Positions 39,393-48,768 of a stretch of 61,843 nt of DNA are shown here, piece by piece. Source of the DNA: Actinomycetales bacterium (lineage in GTDB: Bacteria > Actinomycetota > Actinomycetes > Actinomycetales > CAVURS01); the NCBI GenBank assembly GCA_045807245.1, contig JBJMHS010000036.1, positions 64,303-126,145 of the forward strand, given 5' to 3'. A program made the translations under genes and the position numbers. Under the pieces are notes generated by a model. That model was given only the letters and a program-made list of their open reading frames with translations. It made no database searches and had not been told where the DNA came from. The first letter of the stretch is position 1. The number at the start of each line of letters is the position of its first letter.

Positions 39393-40817
39393 ATGTTCAC
39401 GCATGCCGATGAGGTCCTGAAGTTCATCAAGGACCAGGACATCAAGTTCGTCGATGTCCGCTTCTGCGACCTGCCCGGTGTGATGCAGCACTTCAACGTG
39501 CCGGCTGAGTCGCTCGCGGAGGAGTTCTTCACCGACGGGCAGATGTTCGACGGCTCCTCGATCCGCGGCTTCCAGCAGATCCACGAGTCGGACATGAAGC
39601 TGATCCCCGACCTGTCCAGCGCCTACGTCGACCCGTTCCGCGTGGAGAAGACGCTGAACGTCAACATGGGCATCGTCGACCCCTACACGGACGAGCCGTA
39701 CAGCCGCGACCCGCGCCAGGTGGCCGCCAAGGCGGAGACGTACCTGCGGTCGACGGGCATCGCCGACACCTCGTACTTCGCACCGGAGGCGGAGTTCTAC
39801 ATCTTCGACGACGTGCGGTTCGAGACGAAGCAGAACGCCGGGTACTACTACATCGACTCGATCGAGGCCGCCTGGAACACCGGCCGCATCGAGGAGGGTG
39901 GCAACCTCGGCCACAAGACGCCGTACAAGGGTGGGTACTTCCCCGTGCCGCCCGTGGACCACTACGCCGACCTGCGCGACCAGATCGTGCTGGCGCTGGA
40001 GGGTCTCGGGCTGCAGGTCGAGCGCTCTCACCACGAGGTCGGTACGGCCGGCCAGGCGGAGATCAACTACCGCTTCGACACGCTGGCCAAGTCGGCCGAC
40101 AAGGTCATGCTGTTCAAGTACGTCGTGAAGTCGGTGGCGCACAAGCACGGCAAGACTGCGACGTTCATGCCGAAACCCTTGTTCGGCGACAATGGTTCTG
40201 GCATGCACTGCCACCAGTCCCTCTGGAAGGACGGCACGCCGCTGTTCTTCGACGAGGCCGGGTACGGCGGGCTGTCCGACGTCGCGCGCTGGTACATCGG
40301 CGGTCTGCTCCGGCACGCTCCGTCGTTGCTGGCGTTCACCAACCCGACGGTCAACTCCTACCACCGGCTCGTGCCGGGCTTCGAGGCTCCGGTCAACCTG
40401 GTCTACTCCGCCCGCAACCGGTCTGCCTGCGTGCGCATCCCGGTGACGGGGTCGAACCCGAAGGCCAAGCGGATCGAGTTCCGCGTGCCGGACCCGTCGA
40501 GCAACCCGTACCTCGCGTTCGCGGCGATGCTGATGGCCGGCCTGGACGGCATCAAGAACCGGATCGAGCCGCCGGACCCGATCGACAAGGACCTGTACGA
40601 GCTGCCGCCGGAGGAGCACGCGACGATCCAGCAGGTGCCGGGTTCGCTGCCCGAGGTGCTCAACGCGCTCGAGGCCGACCAGGACTACCTGACCGAGGGC
40701 AACGTGTTCACGCCCGACCTGATCGAGACCTGGATCGACTACAAGCGCGCCTACGAGGTGGACCCGATCCGGCTGCGCCCGCACCCGCACGAGTTCGAGC
40801 TCTACTACGACGTGTAG
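39393..40817 (+). CDS. glnA: Glutamine synthetase type I
   Basis: [39 protein letters not shown] adenylylation Tyr; GGAGGAGG RBS. Confidence 0.98.
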   Translation: MFTHADEVLKFIKDQDIKFVDVRFCDLPGVMQHFNVPAESLAEEFFTDGQMFDGSSIRGFQQIHESDMKLIPDLSSAYVDPFRVEKTLNVNMGIVDPYTDEPYSRDPRQVAAKAETYLRSTGIADTSYFAPEAEFYIFDDVRFETKQNAGYYYIDSIEAAWNTGRIEEGGNLGHKTPYKGGYFPVPPVDHYADLRDQIVLALEGLGLQVERSHHEVGTAGQAEINYRFDTLAKSADKVMLFKYVVKSVAHKHGKTATFMPKPLFGDNGSGMHCHQSLWKDGTPLFFDEAGYGGLSDVARWYIGGLLRHAPSLLAFTNPTVNSYHRLVPGFEAPVNLVYSARNRSACVRIPVTGSNPKAKRIEFRVPDPSSNPYLAFAAMLMAGLDGIKNRIEPPDPIDKDLYELPPEEHATIQQVPGSLPEVLNALEADQDYLTEGNVFTPDLIETWIDYKRAYEVDPIRLRPHPHEFELYYDV

Positions 40818-41109
40818 CCGGTCGAGGCCGCTGACCTGCGGAGTCTCGAAGCCTGGCCACGCCACATGCCTTCGGCGACAGCTCGGGGCTGCCGAGCCCT
40901 CGAGCCGGAGGAGCGGAAAGTTGCCGAGCTGATGATCCGCGCTGGGCGGGCGCGGCTGCCACTAGCGTTCCGCGCTTAGCGGCGAGCGGGCTACCGCTGC
41001 TGCGACTGTGAGCCACTCCCGGTCGACGCTCGGTGCCATCACTTGACCCGTGGTTTCGACGCGGAGGACCGTCATGGCGTAAAACCCGCCGGAGTTGAAG
41101 GAGACAGCC

Positions 41110-41571
41110 ATGAAAGGCCGAACGGTCCTTCTCAGTCTGGTCAGCGCCGCAGCATTGGTTCTCGGAAGTATCGCACCGCATGCCAGTGCGAGTGCCCGGC
41201 ATTCTGGCACTGAGCACCTCTTGATTTTGACCACGAGTGGGGGCGCCTCGGTCTTTGCTACTGGGCCGATCCACGCGCGTGGTCAAGACTTCCCCGTGAA
41301 CAACCATCGGGATGCCTTCGTTTTCCCCAAAGGTGAACTGCAGGTCAACCACCACGCCACCTCGCATCATGAGTCGTTCGACCCCCGAACATGCCTCGAC
41401 CGGGTGAGCGAGCGTGGGACGTACAGAGTGGTGGCCGGCACCGGACGGTACAGGCACGCCACCGGTCACGGCACCTACCGGCTGACGGGTTACTTCGCTG
41501 GCTGTACTGACGGCGACCCGAATAACTTCTTCACGCAAACCATCCAGGCCAGCGGGCCACTCAGCTACTGA
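41110..41571 (+). CDS. Secreted protein, possible allene-oxide-cyclase/dirigent-like beta-barrel
   Basis: AAGGAG RBS, Sec signal ending ASA, GTYRVVAGTGRYRHATGHG, two Cys. Confidence 0.65.
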   Translation: MKGRTVLLSLVSAAALVLGSIAPHASASARHSGTEHLLILTTSGGASVFATGPIHARGQDFPVNNHRDAFVFPKGELQVNHHATSHHESFDPRTCLDRVSERGTYRVVAGTGRYRHATGHGTYRLTGYFAGCTDGDPNNFFTQTIQASGPLSY

Positions 41572-41585
41572 CGCACCAACGGGCA

Positions 41586-41780
41586 GCTCTCCCGGCCCGC
41601 CAACGCACGGGCCGAAAGCCAGGCGGGGCCCTCGAGCCGCCGGCCCAGCCGGAGGTCGTAAACCGCCGAGGGCCGCTTGAGGTACGTGGCGCCCGCACAA
41701 GCTCCACCGAGCAGCGTGCGGGCGTCGTGGTCCCGCAAATCTCAGATAGCCCCACTCCGGGCGCTGCCATCCGGGAGAGC
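41586..41780 (+). ncRNA. Candidate structured RNA of unknown class
   Basis: 10-bp closing stem plus four nested helical arms; G-U pairs favour the + strand. Confidence 0.45.
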
Positions 41781-41846
41781 AGGAGATGATCTCCACGCCG
41801 TGAGCCAACGCGGCTAGCCTGCCGGCATGAGGGCGACGCCGACCCG

Positions 41847-42944
41847 ATGACCGAAACCCGGCGGTTCATGGTCGCCAGCTGGGACGGCGGTGGCAACACG
41901 CCGCCGGCGATCAACCTGGGCGCCCGGCTCGTCGAGTCCGGACACGACGTCTGCCTACTCGGATGGGAGACGATGCGGGCGCGGTGCCACACCGCGGGCC
42001 TCGACTTCCGCGGCTACCGGTCCATGAAGCCGTGGCCCGACGGGTTGAGCCAGGACGATGGCTGGGAGCTCCTGGTGGAGTTCTTGCACGGACCAGCTAC
42101 GAGGGACGACATCGTCCGCGAAGCGCGCGACTTTGCGGCGGACGTCCTCGTCCTCGACTGCATGATGCGCTCGGCCTATGAGGCCGCGGGAGAGCTCGGC
42201 CGGCCGTCCGCCGTACTCACGCATGTTCTGTACGCGCCATTCGCTTTCGAATGGGGCGCCGCGGTCATGAACACCGACCCGGTCGCCTTGTTGGCCGGCA
42301 CCGACTGCGTCCTGGCGTTGACGCCGGCGGGGTTCGACCAGGAGTGCGTCCTCCCGGCGAACACCTCGTACGTCGGTCCGATCAGCCGCCGACAAGCGAT
42401 TCGCCGGGATGGTGAGTTGGCCGAGCTGCGGTTCGACTCCCCCGGGGACCCCTGGCTGCTCATCAGCCTGAGCACCACGCTGCAAGGCCAGTTGAAGGCC
42501 CTGCCAGTGCTGCTCGAGGCCGTGAGTTCGTTGTCGGTCCGGGCGCTGTTGACCCTCGGCCCGGCGGTGCCAGAGCAGCACGTCAGGGCGCCGGACAACG
42601 TCATCGTCCGCGGCTCGGTCCCACACGACCTCGTGCTTCCGTACATGGCCGCGGTCCTGACGCATGGCGGGCTCAGCACGGTGATGTCCGCGCTGTCGAG
42701 CGGCGTGCCGCTCGTGTGTGTTGCTCAGGGCCGCGAGCAACCGCTGAACGCCGGCCGGGTGCAGGCCACCGGGGTCGGCCGCGCGCTTGCGGCCACCGCG
42801 AGTGCAGGCGAGATAGCCGAAGCCGTGCAAGACGTCATGGGGAAGCCGGGCTTCCGCGCTCGGGCGGCCGGTTTCGCGGCAGACATCGCGAGTCTCGGCC
42901 AGGGCTCTGTGGCCACCGAGCTCGTCAAGGGCCTCGGCGGGTGA
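41847..42944 (+). CDS. GT1 (UGT/MGT-like) glycosyltransferase
   Basis: WDGGGNTPP, YVGP, ISLST, VPHDLVL..LTHGGLST..GVPLV..REQPLNA. Confidence 0.9.
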   Translation: MTETRRFMVASWDGGGNTPPAINLGARLVESGHDVCLLGWETMRARCHTAGLDFRGYRSMKPWPDGLSQDDGWELLVEFLHGPATRDDIVREARDFAADVLVLDCMMRSAYEAAGELGRPSAVLTHVLYAPFAFEWGAAVMNTDPVALLAGTDCVLALTPAGFDQECVLPANTSYVGPISRRQAIRRDGELAELRFDSPGDPWLLISLSTTLQGQLKALPVLLEAVSSLSVRALLTLGPAVPEQHVRAPDNVIVRGSVPHDLVLPYMAAVLTHGGLSTVMSALSSGVPLVCVAQGREQPLNAGRVQATGVGRALAATASAGEIAEAVQDVMGKPGFRARAAGFAADIASLGQGSVATELVKGLGG

Positions 42945-43240
42945 TCCGAAGGCCGGCAGGTATTCCTAGAAGCACTCCACCACGCGAGTGAACACGTCGT
43001 CCCACGCGGCTGCGGTTTGCACATGATCCTGCTTCGTCAAGGGGTCGTCGGCGCGCGCATTCTTGGTGATCTGACGAACCTTTCGGCTCGAACTTGAGCC
43101 ACACGATTGGTCACGTCCTACGGAGATGTCAGCTTCGAGGCGTCGGTGCGCTGCGGACCTCCCCGACACTCACGATGCCTGTCCTGGTATCAGCGAGCGG
43201 TCCGGCGGCTCTTCGCCAGCAGTCCTTGGAAGGGAACGTC

Positions 43241-43473
43241 ATGGCGATTATGGAACTGATCGAGAGTTACAACGTGCGGGTGGCACAGTCGAATCTGACC
43301 GACGCGACCCGCGAGATCCGATCGATCGCGGTACAGAGGACCGGATCCTCTGTCTGCAGAACCCGGTGAACGTCGACGAACTGATCTTCGGTCATCCAGA
43401 CGGCAGCATCGAGGCCCTCATCGTCCGGGCCCAACACCTGCGGGCGAGCGAGGAGACCAGCGCGACCCACTGA
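43241..43473 (+). pseudogene. Probable small gene (~77 aa) with a 1-bp frameshift
   Basis: RBS GGAAGGG + ATG; GC3-rich frame switches at gagatccgatcgat (~43313-43326) and ends at TGA 43473. Confidence 0.4.
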
Positions 43474-43821
43474 GCTGTCAGACGCCACGCCGGCGGTAAA
43501 GGCCATCCGCCGACCCGTTCATCAGCGACCCCGACCAAGCCCTTGCTCGTGGACGACGTGGTCGTCGTCCCGGTTGACATCGCCGCAGAGCACGATCGGT
43601 TAGCTGTCGCGCCGGGCCGCGCCCTGCCCCTGAGCGTCTGACAAGCTCGGAGTCAGCCGGACAGTGCAGGGACCTCGTCTTCCGGCCCGACGCCCCGCCA
43701 CCAGGCCCAGACAATGAACTGGCCCCAATAGATGGCAGCCGCGAAGATCTCCGCGGTTTCTTGGCTCCAGGCGGCGCGGCACCGACTCCGCTGGCATCTG
43801 TGACCTCGAGGAGGTGTCGGG

Positions 43822-45117
43822 TCAGGCCGGCTCGGTCGAACTCGGTCCGGGCAGAACGGGCAGGCTCTCCACGCCGTACACGATCGACAGCTTGTGGAAG
43901 CGGAGGCTGTGGGGTGGCACGGCGAGCCGCATCTGCGGAAACCGTTGCATCAGAGCCGGGTACGCCGTGCGCAGCTCGATCCGGGCCAACTCGGCCCCCA
44001 CACAGCGGTGAAAGCCATGCCCGAACGCGAGATGCGGGATGCCCTGCCGACGGGGGTCGAACGCATCCATGGTCGTCGAGAGCCGGTCATCACGGTTGGC
44101 GCCGCTGAGCGAGAACAGCACGACATCGCCAGCGACGATCTGCTTGCCGTAGACCTCCATGTCGCGACGGGCGAAGCGCGGGAACGCGACCTGTACAACG
44201 GACAGGTAGCGCAGCAGTTCCTCGACCACGTCGGCAACGGCCTGCTCGCCCTCCCCCACGGCAACCCGTCCGTCGGGGCTCTGCAGCAACGTCAGCGCTC
44301 CTAGTGCCAGCATGCTGGCCGTGGTCTCATAGCCGCCGAGGAAGACACCGTCGGCCAGACCGCTCAAGGTCGTGTCGTCGATCTCCTCGCCGAGCTCAGT
44401 GATGATCGCCCCGAGCAGGCCGTCTCCCGGATTCGCGCGCTGCTTGCGGGTCGCCGCGAGCAGGAACTCCCGCGACTCCGACGCAGCCCCGAACGCTCCG
44501 ACACCGCCCTGGGTGATGTCGAACCGGGCGTTTCCGATCCGGTGGAACTCCTCGCGGTCCTCATCCGGAAGGCCGAGCAGCTCACAGATCACGAGGAAGG
44601 GGATCGGGAAAGCGAAGGTCTGCACGAGGTCGACCACCGGACCGGCGTCCGCTACGACCTGCAGCTGCTGGTCCACGATCTCGGCGATCCGCGCGCGCAG
44701 CCGCTCGAGCCGGCGGACCGTGAACTCGGGCGTCAGAATGCGGCGCAGACGAGGGTGGTCGGGCGGGTCGGTGAACCCAAGGCCACCGATGGCGTGCACA
44801 CCGGTCGCCTGGACGCTACCCACGAGCGGGCGGATGTTATTGCTGAAACTGCGGGGGTCGGACAACAGGGCCCGCGCCTCCTCGGACCCGGTCGTAACCC
44901 AGATCGTCCGGCCGAAGAAGCTAGCTAGCCGAGACACCGGCTCAGTCGCGCGGACCTCGGCCAACGCAGGCACCGGGTCAAGGCCGTCCCGCAACAGGGG
45001 CAGCCGCAGCGACTTGGGGACGTGTCGGACCCGCGAGAGGTCGAAGTCCCGCCCCACCGCGCGGGCCAGGAGACCTCGTCCGAGCCGATAGTGCACCTGC
45101 GACAGCTTGCTCAGCAA
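43822..45117 (-). CDS. Cytochrome P450
   Basis: DPPDHPRLR, GGYETT, EELLR, HLAFGHGFHRCVG; TTG start after GAGGAG. Confidence 0.96.
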   Translation of the reverse strand: MLSKLSQVHYRLGRGLLARAVGRDFDLSRVRHVPKSLRLPLLRDGLDPVPALAEVRATEPVSRLASFFGRTIWVTTGSEEARALLSDPRSFSNNIRPLVGSVQATGVHAIGGLGFTDPPDHPRLRRILTPEFTVRRLERLRARIAEIVDQQLQVVADAGPVVDLVQTFAFPIPFLVICELLGLPDEDREEFHRIGNARFDITQGGVGAFGAASESREFLLAATRKQRANPGDGLLGAIITELGEEIDDTTLSGLADGVFLGGYETTASMLALGALTLLQSPDGRVAVGEGEQAVADVVEELLRYLSVVQVAFPRFARRDMEVYGKQIVAGDVVLFSLSGANRDDRLSTTMDAFDPRRQGIPHLAFGHGFHRCVGAELARIELRTAYPALMQRFPQMRLAVPPHSLRFHKLSIVYGVESLPVLPGPSSTEPA

Positions 45118-45409
45118 TGCGCTCCTCGACCTCGGCCCTGGGCTCAGCTGTCCGGGTGACCAGCCGCTCGACCGCCACCGCGGCCACGACCGACATTATC
45201 GCGGCGATCGCGCTCACACTTGCGTGCACCCTGAGGGTCCGAAACCCTCCAACGATCAGACAACGGTGACAACCCCCGGGCTGACCAGGGGTGTCATGAT
45301 CATGTGACGATCATTCGTGAAGCGCGGCTCAGCCAGATGAGCTGACGCTCCACTCCGACGTGTAGCTAGCAGAGCGCAGGTGACCTGCGGAAGACGGCTC
45401 AGCCGACTT

Positions 45410-45433
45410 TGAGTGTCCGAGATCGGACCCTCA
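45410..45433. promoter_or_regulatory. Palindromic operator candidate in the divergent promoter region
   Basis: TGAGTGTCCGA-GA-TCGGACCCTCA; another TGAGGGTCCGA half-site at 45232-45242. Confidence 0.5.
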
Positions 45434-45519
45434 GGTTGGTGAGCCATTGACGGCGTGGTGAGGCCGGCGGATGCTTCAGACACCTCTTGCGTGCGCTGCC
45501 GAGAGGCTGGAGGCCAACC

Positions 45520-46371
45520 ATGGCTACTGAGCTTCGACGGCTGGAGCCACGTGCCGAGAGGCGGCGGGCGGCGCTGGTTGGGTCGGCGGTCCTGCTCTTG
45601 GCCGGGCTGGCGATGGCGCCGGGGGGTACGGCGACCGCCGCGTCGGCGGCGACCGAGCCAGAGGTGAGCGCACCGCGGCAGGCCTTCCCGGCTGTCGGCA
45701 CGACCGTCCCTCAGAAGTCGTCGGGGGTCGTGTACGAGGTGACGACCTGGCAGCTTGTGGACCCGGGCACCAACGGATTCAGCTACTACCTGCTGGAGCA
45801 GTACAACACCTACGCGAACACGTGGGGTGTCGTCTACTACGGGACCGCTACGACGTACCAGGCCTTGTTGCCTGCCGTTCAGTTCACCGAGTTCCGGCTG
45901 ACGCCGTTCGACGCCGGTGGCGAGCCCGGGGCGACGAAGTACGGTCACGGTTTCACTCCGGTCATCGCCGACGACTCCGACGCGACCGCTGCGTACGCCA
46001 CCTCCATCACCTACTCGACGGGCTGGCGTCGAGTCCTCGCCGACACCGCTTACGGCGGCTCGTACCAGCGATCCACGCGCGCCGGAGCCTCGTTCACGTA
46101 CTGCGGGTACTTCTCGCGGATCGCCCTTGTCGCTCCGCGCAGGACCGCCGGCGGGACGGCTACAGTCCAGGCGTTCGGCTCCGACAGCACCGTGAACTTC
46201 CGCTCGTCGTCCAACCGCTACCGCGAGGTGGTCGGGCGGTGGAACACGCTGGCGCAGAACGGCGTACCGGCGGGCAGCGGACCGACGTACTGCCTGACGG
46301 TGTCGGCGAACTCGTCGGCCCCGATCTTCGTCGACGCCGTCGAGTACAACGTGCCCGACATCATCGAGTAG
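45520..46371 (+). CDS. Secreted hypothetical protein (beta-sandwich domains)
   Basis: GGAGG RBS; signal peptide; YSTGW..YGGSY..AGASFTY..IALVA, like C-terminal domains of actinobacterial wall enzymes. Confidence 0.75.
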   Translation: MATELRRLEPRAERRRAALVGSAVLLLAGLAMAPGGTATAASAATEPEVSAPRQAFPAVGTTVPQKSSGVVYEVTTWQLVDPGTNGFSYYLLEQYNTYANTWGVVYYGTATTYQALLPAVQFTEFRLTPFDAGGEPGATKYGHGFTPVIADDSDATAAYATSITYSTGWRRVLADTAYGGSYQRSTRAGASFTYCGYFSRIALVAPRRTAGGTATVQAFGSDSTVNFRSSSNRYREVVGRWNTLAQNGVPAGSGPTYCLTVSANSSAPIFVDAVEYNVPDIIE

Positions 46372-46396
46372 GGACCGCGACGGTGACCCCGGTCTC

Positions 46397-48046
46397 CTAC
46401 TCGGGCACTCGGACCAGGTAGTTGTCCTGCTGCGGTATCGGGACGCCCTGGCCGAACAACCGGACGTGCTTGAGGTTGGCGTTGTAGGCGACGTACGCCC
46501 TTCCAGCAACCGCGTCCACCTGGATGTAGTCGCCGATGAACGCGGCGCCGAGGATCGGATCGGACTCGGTCTCGTTCGACACCTTCGTCACCCTGGTGCG
46601 GTGCTGGACCACCCCATCGGCATTGAGGCCAACCATCTCAACGTCTTGCCGGTTGTGGAACACCGGATCGAACCGGCTCGTGTACCAGACTCCGACCACC
46701 TGCTGGGTGACAGGGTCGGTGTCCAGGTACGGGAAGACGTTGTCGCCCCCGGCCGAGATCGTCCGCGGGTTCGACCACGTCCGGCCCAGGTCCGACGACG
46801 TCGACACCTGGATCTCCGCCTCTTCGCAGAACTGGTCCACGACGTGGAGCTTGCAGCGATCCCACGTCGCCAGGATGACCGGGTGGCCATGAACGATCGT
46901 GACGGTGTTCTTGAACATCGTCCCGACTCGGAACGAGTTGGCGTGCAACGTCTCCTGGGCCCGGATGACCTGGTTCTCCTTGACGATCGGGTGCTTCGTG
47001 AAGGACAGGCTGCCCGCCTCCGCGACGGCGACCCAGCCGCGCTGGGCCGGCCCGATGAAGGAGTCACCGAAGAACTCGCCCCACGTGACATACACGCGGC
47101 CGTCGCGGTCGACCGTGACCGTCGGGTACTCGGCGACCTTCTGGCCGCCACTCAAGGGAATAGGGTGAGTGCAGCTGCTCAGGTCGGCCGAGCACCGCAC
47201 GATCTCGACGACCCCGGCCTCTTCGTTGCCCTCGCTGTTGAACTGGGACAGGTCGTCGAACGCCACCCAGACGTAGTCACCGCCCGGGCCGCTCGACGTG
47301 GCCATCCAGTCCTTGTCGATGAAGTGGCCCGGCGCTGCCGTGGCCACGGCGACTCGGGTCGGCCAGCAGGAGGGATGAGTCAGGGTGCCGCCGCTCCCAC
47401 CCTGCGGACAGGAGGCGAGGCGCTGCGGCGTACTGCGGTAGACCGCTTCGATGCTCGGCGTCTCACCGATGTTGCCGTTGCCGTAGTTGATGCTCGCGCC
47501 GTACACCGCCGAGCAGTCCGCGCTCATGGCGAACGTGGGATCGCCACCGGACGGGACGACGTCTCCCGCGGCTGACCGAGCGGGCGGCAGGAGTCCCTCG
47601 TTGCGCAGCGTCTGGCCACCGTCGTTCGAGTAGTACCAGCCGGTGAAGTCACCTTGAGCGTCGAGAATGCCCCGGTAGTCGTTGGTACCGCTGATGACCA
47701 GGTCGGGGTTGGCTGTGCAGGCCGAGACCGCCTCCTCGTTCTGCGGCAGACCGTCGGTGTCCCGGTTGAAGACGTTCCGCACGCCGGCCACCGGCGCGGC
47801 AGGGGCAGAGGCAGCGGACTTCGACGCGCTCTGGGCGGCAGCATGAGCCGCCAGGAACTGCTCTCGCAGGGCTGACGGCGCGGCCTTCGGATGAGCCAGG
47901 TAGTAACGGATGCCGACGACCGGAGACGGTCCGTTCAGCATCGTTGTGCTGGCTCCGGCAGTTCCGCCGCCTGCGCCAAGGGCGAGCGCGAGAACAGCGG
48001 TGGTGGCGGCGGCGACTACTGGCAGGCGCAGGGAACGAAGGTGCAT
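46397..48046 (-). CDS. Secreted sialidase-like (BNR/Asp-box) beta-propeller protein
   Basis: Signal peptide; Asp-boxes YSNDGGQT and SSDLGRTW; QNE, GTNDY, GDP, DKDW, FIGDY; GAGGAG RBS. Confidence 0.85.
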   Translation of the reverse strand: MHLRSLRLPVVAAATTAVLALALGAGGGTAGASTTMLNGPSPVVGIRYYLAHPKAAPSALREQFLAAHAAAQSASKSAASAPAAPVAGVRNVFNRDTDGLPQNEEAVSACTANPDLVISGTNDYRGILDAQGDFTGWYYSNDGGQTLRNEGLLPPARSAAGDVVPSGGDPTFAMSADCSAVYGASINYGNGNIGETPSIEAVYRSTPQRLASCPQGGSGGTLTHPSCWPTRVAVATAAPGHFIDKDWMATSSGPGGDYVWVAFDDLSQFNSEGNEEAGVVEIVRCSADLSSCTHPIPLSGGQKVAEYPTVTVDRDGRVYVTWGEFFGDSFIGPAQRGWVAVAEAGSLSFTKHPIVKENQVIRAQETLHANSFRVGTMFKNTVTIVHGHPVILATWDRCKLHVVDQFCEEAEIQVSTSSDLGRTWSNPRTISAGGDNVFPYLDTDPVTQQVVGVWYTSRFDPVFHNRQDVEMVGLNADGVVQHRTRVTKVSNETESDPILGAAFIGDYIQVDAVAGRAYVAYNANLKHVRLFGQGVPIPQQDNYLVRVPE

Positions 48047-48150
48047 GGCTACTCCTCTTCGCACAAGTCACCGCGAGCGCGGGTTGCGACGAAGTTAGCG
48101 CCGGTCGGGCCGGTCGGCATCCCAGACCTGGAGCCGGCCGGCTGACCGAC

Positions 48151-48188
48151 GACAGTGCCCCGCGCAGTCATACCGGCGGGGCACTGTC
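48151..48188. terminator. Strong hairpin downstream of the 93-aa secreted gene
   Basis: GACAGTGCCCCGC ... GCGGGGCACTGTC perfect 13-bp stem. Confidence 0.7.
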
Positions 48189-48207
48189 AGCGTTCACCGG
48201 GTGCCAG

Positions 48208-48489
48208 TCAGCTCACGACCAGGTTCGTCGGATCGGTGGGGACCGTCGCCACGCAGTCTCCCGGGCGGTAGCCGCCGTTGCCACCAGCGGTTGGGTCGCT
48301 CGGCCGGATGCCGCCGCTGGAGTTGTGTCCACAGTTGCCCCAGCCGTTGTCACCGCCGTTGACCGAGGTCGTAACGGGGACGACGTCTCCGGCCGGTCGC
48401 TGGGGGTCTCCCGTGGCCGCAAGGGCGGGTGCGGCACCCGCAGCGACGAGCGCCACGGCAAAGCCGGCGGTTGCGATGAGTTTGGTCAT
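48208..48489 (-). CDS. Small secreted Gly/Asn-rich protein (93 aa) with two Cys
   Basis: AGGAGAGG RBS; MTKLIATAGFAVALVAAGAAPALA signal; NGGDNGWGNCGHNSSGG...GDC. Confidence 0.75.
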   Translation of the reverse strand: MTKLIATAGFAVALVAAGAAPALAATGDPQRPAGDVVPVTTSVNGGDNGWGNCGHNSSGGIRPSDPTAGGNGGYRPGDCVATVPTDPTNLVVS

Positions 48490-48535
48490 GGTGGTCCTCT
48501 CCTGGTCCGGCACAGGCGTCCGGACCCTCGGGAGA

Positions 48536-48563
48536 TATCGACCGCGTGAAAGTGAGCCTTGAA
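48536..48563 (-). promoter_or_regulatory. Sigma-28-like promoter
   Basis: TTCAAG-N15-GTCGATA upstream of the 93-aa gene. Confidence 0.45.
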
Positions 48564-48768
48564 ACGCCAGCCGGGTGACACAGCGGCTCGATGAAGGTCC
48601 ATGTGCGTACAACGGTGCGCGCTCCAGCGGCCAGCTCACCAGCCTGGGCTCAAGTACCGGGGGGCGTGAACTCCGGCGCCACGGGCCCGTGGCATGGTGG
48701 AGGAATCGATTGGTCAGCGTCACTGGCGGATCCAGGAGGGGTCCGCCGCTGGACCGGGACGGGGACGA

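Noticed and set aside
40866..40979. Short ORF (MPSATARGCRALEPEERKVAELMIRAG...) and hairpins after glnA
   Set aside because: No RBS and mixed codon usage; the hairpin may just be a terminator and is not convincing at this GC level.
41847..42944. Rifampin glycosyltransferase partnering helR
   Set aside because: The N-terminus (WDGGGN) is unlike the GSRGD type I recall for Rgt, there is no RAE upstream, and it is ~9 kb from helR.
45118..45519. Biarylitide/cyptide-type RiPP precursor upstream of the P450
   Set aside because: Minus-strand short ORFs (MIMTPLVSPGVVTVV, MIVT) have no aromatic residues, no MxYxH and no RBS.
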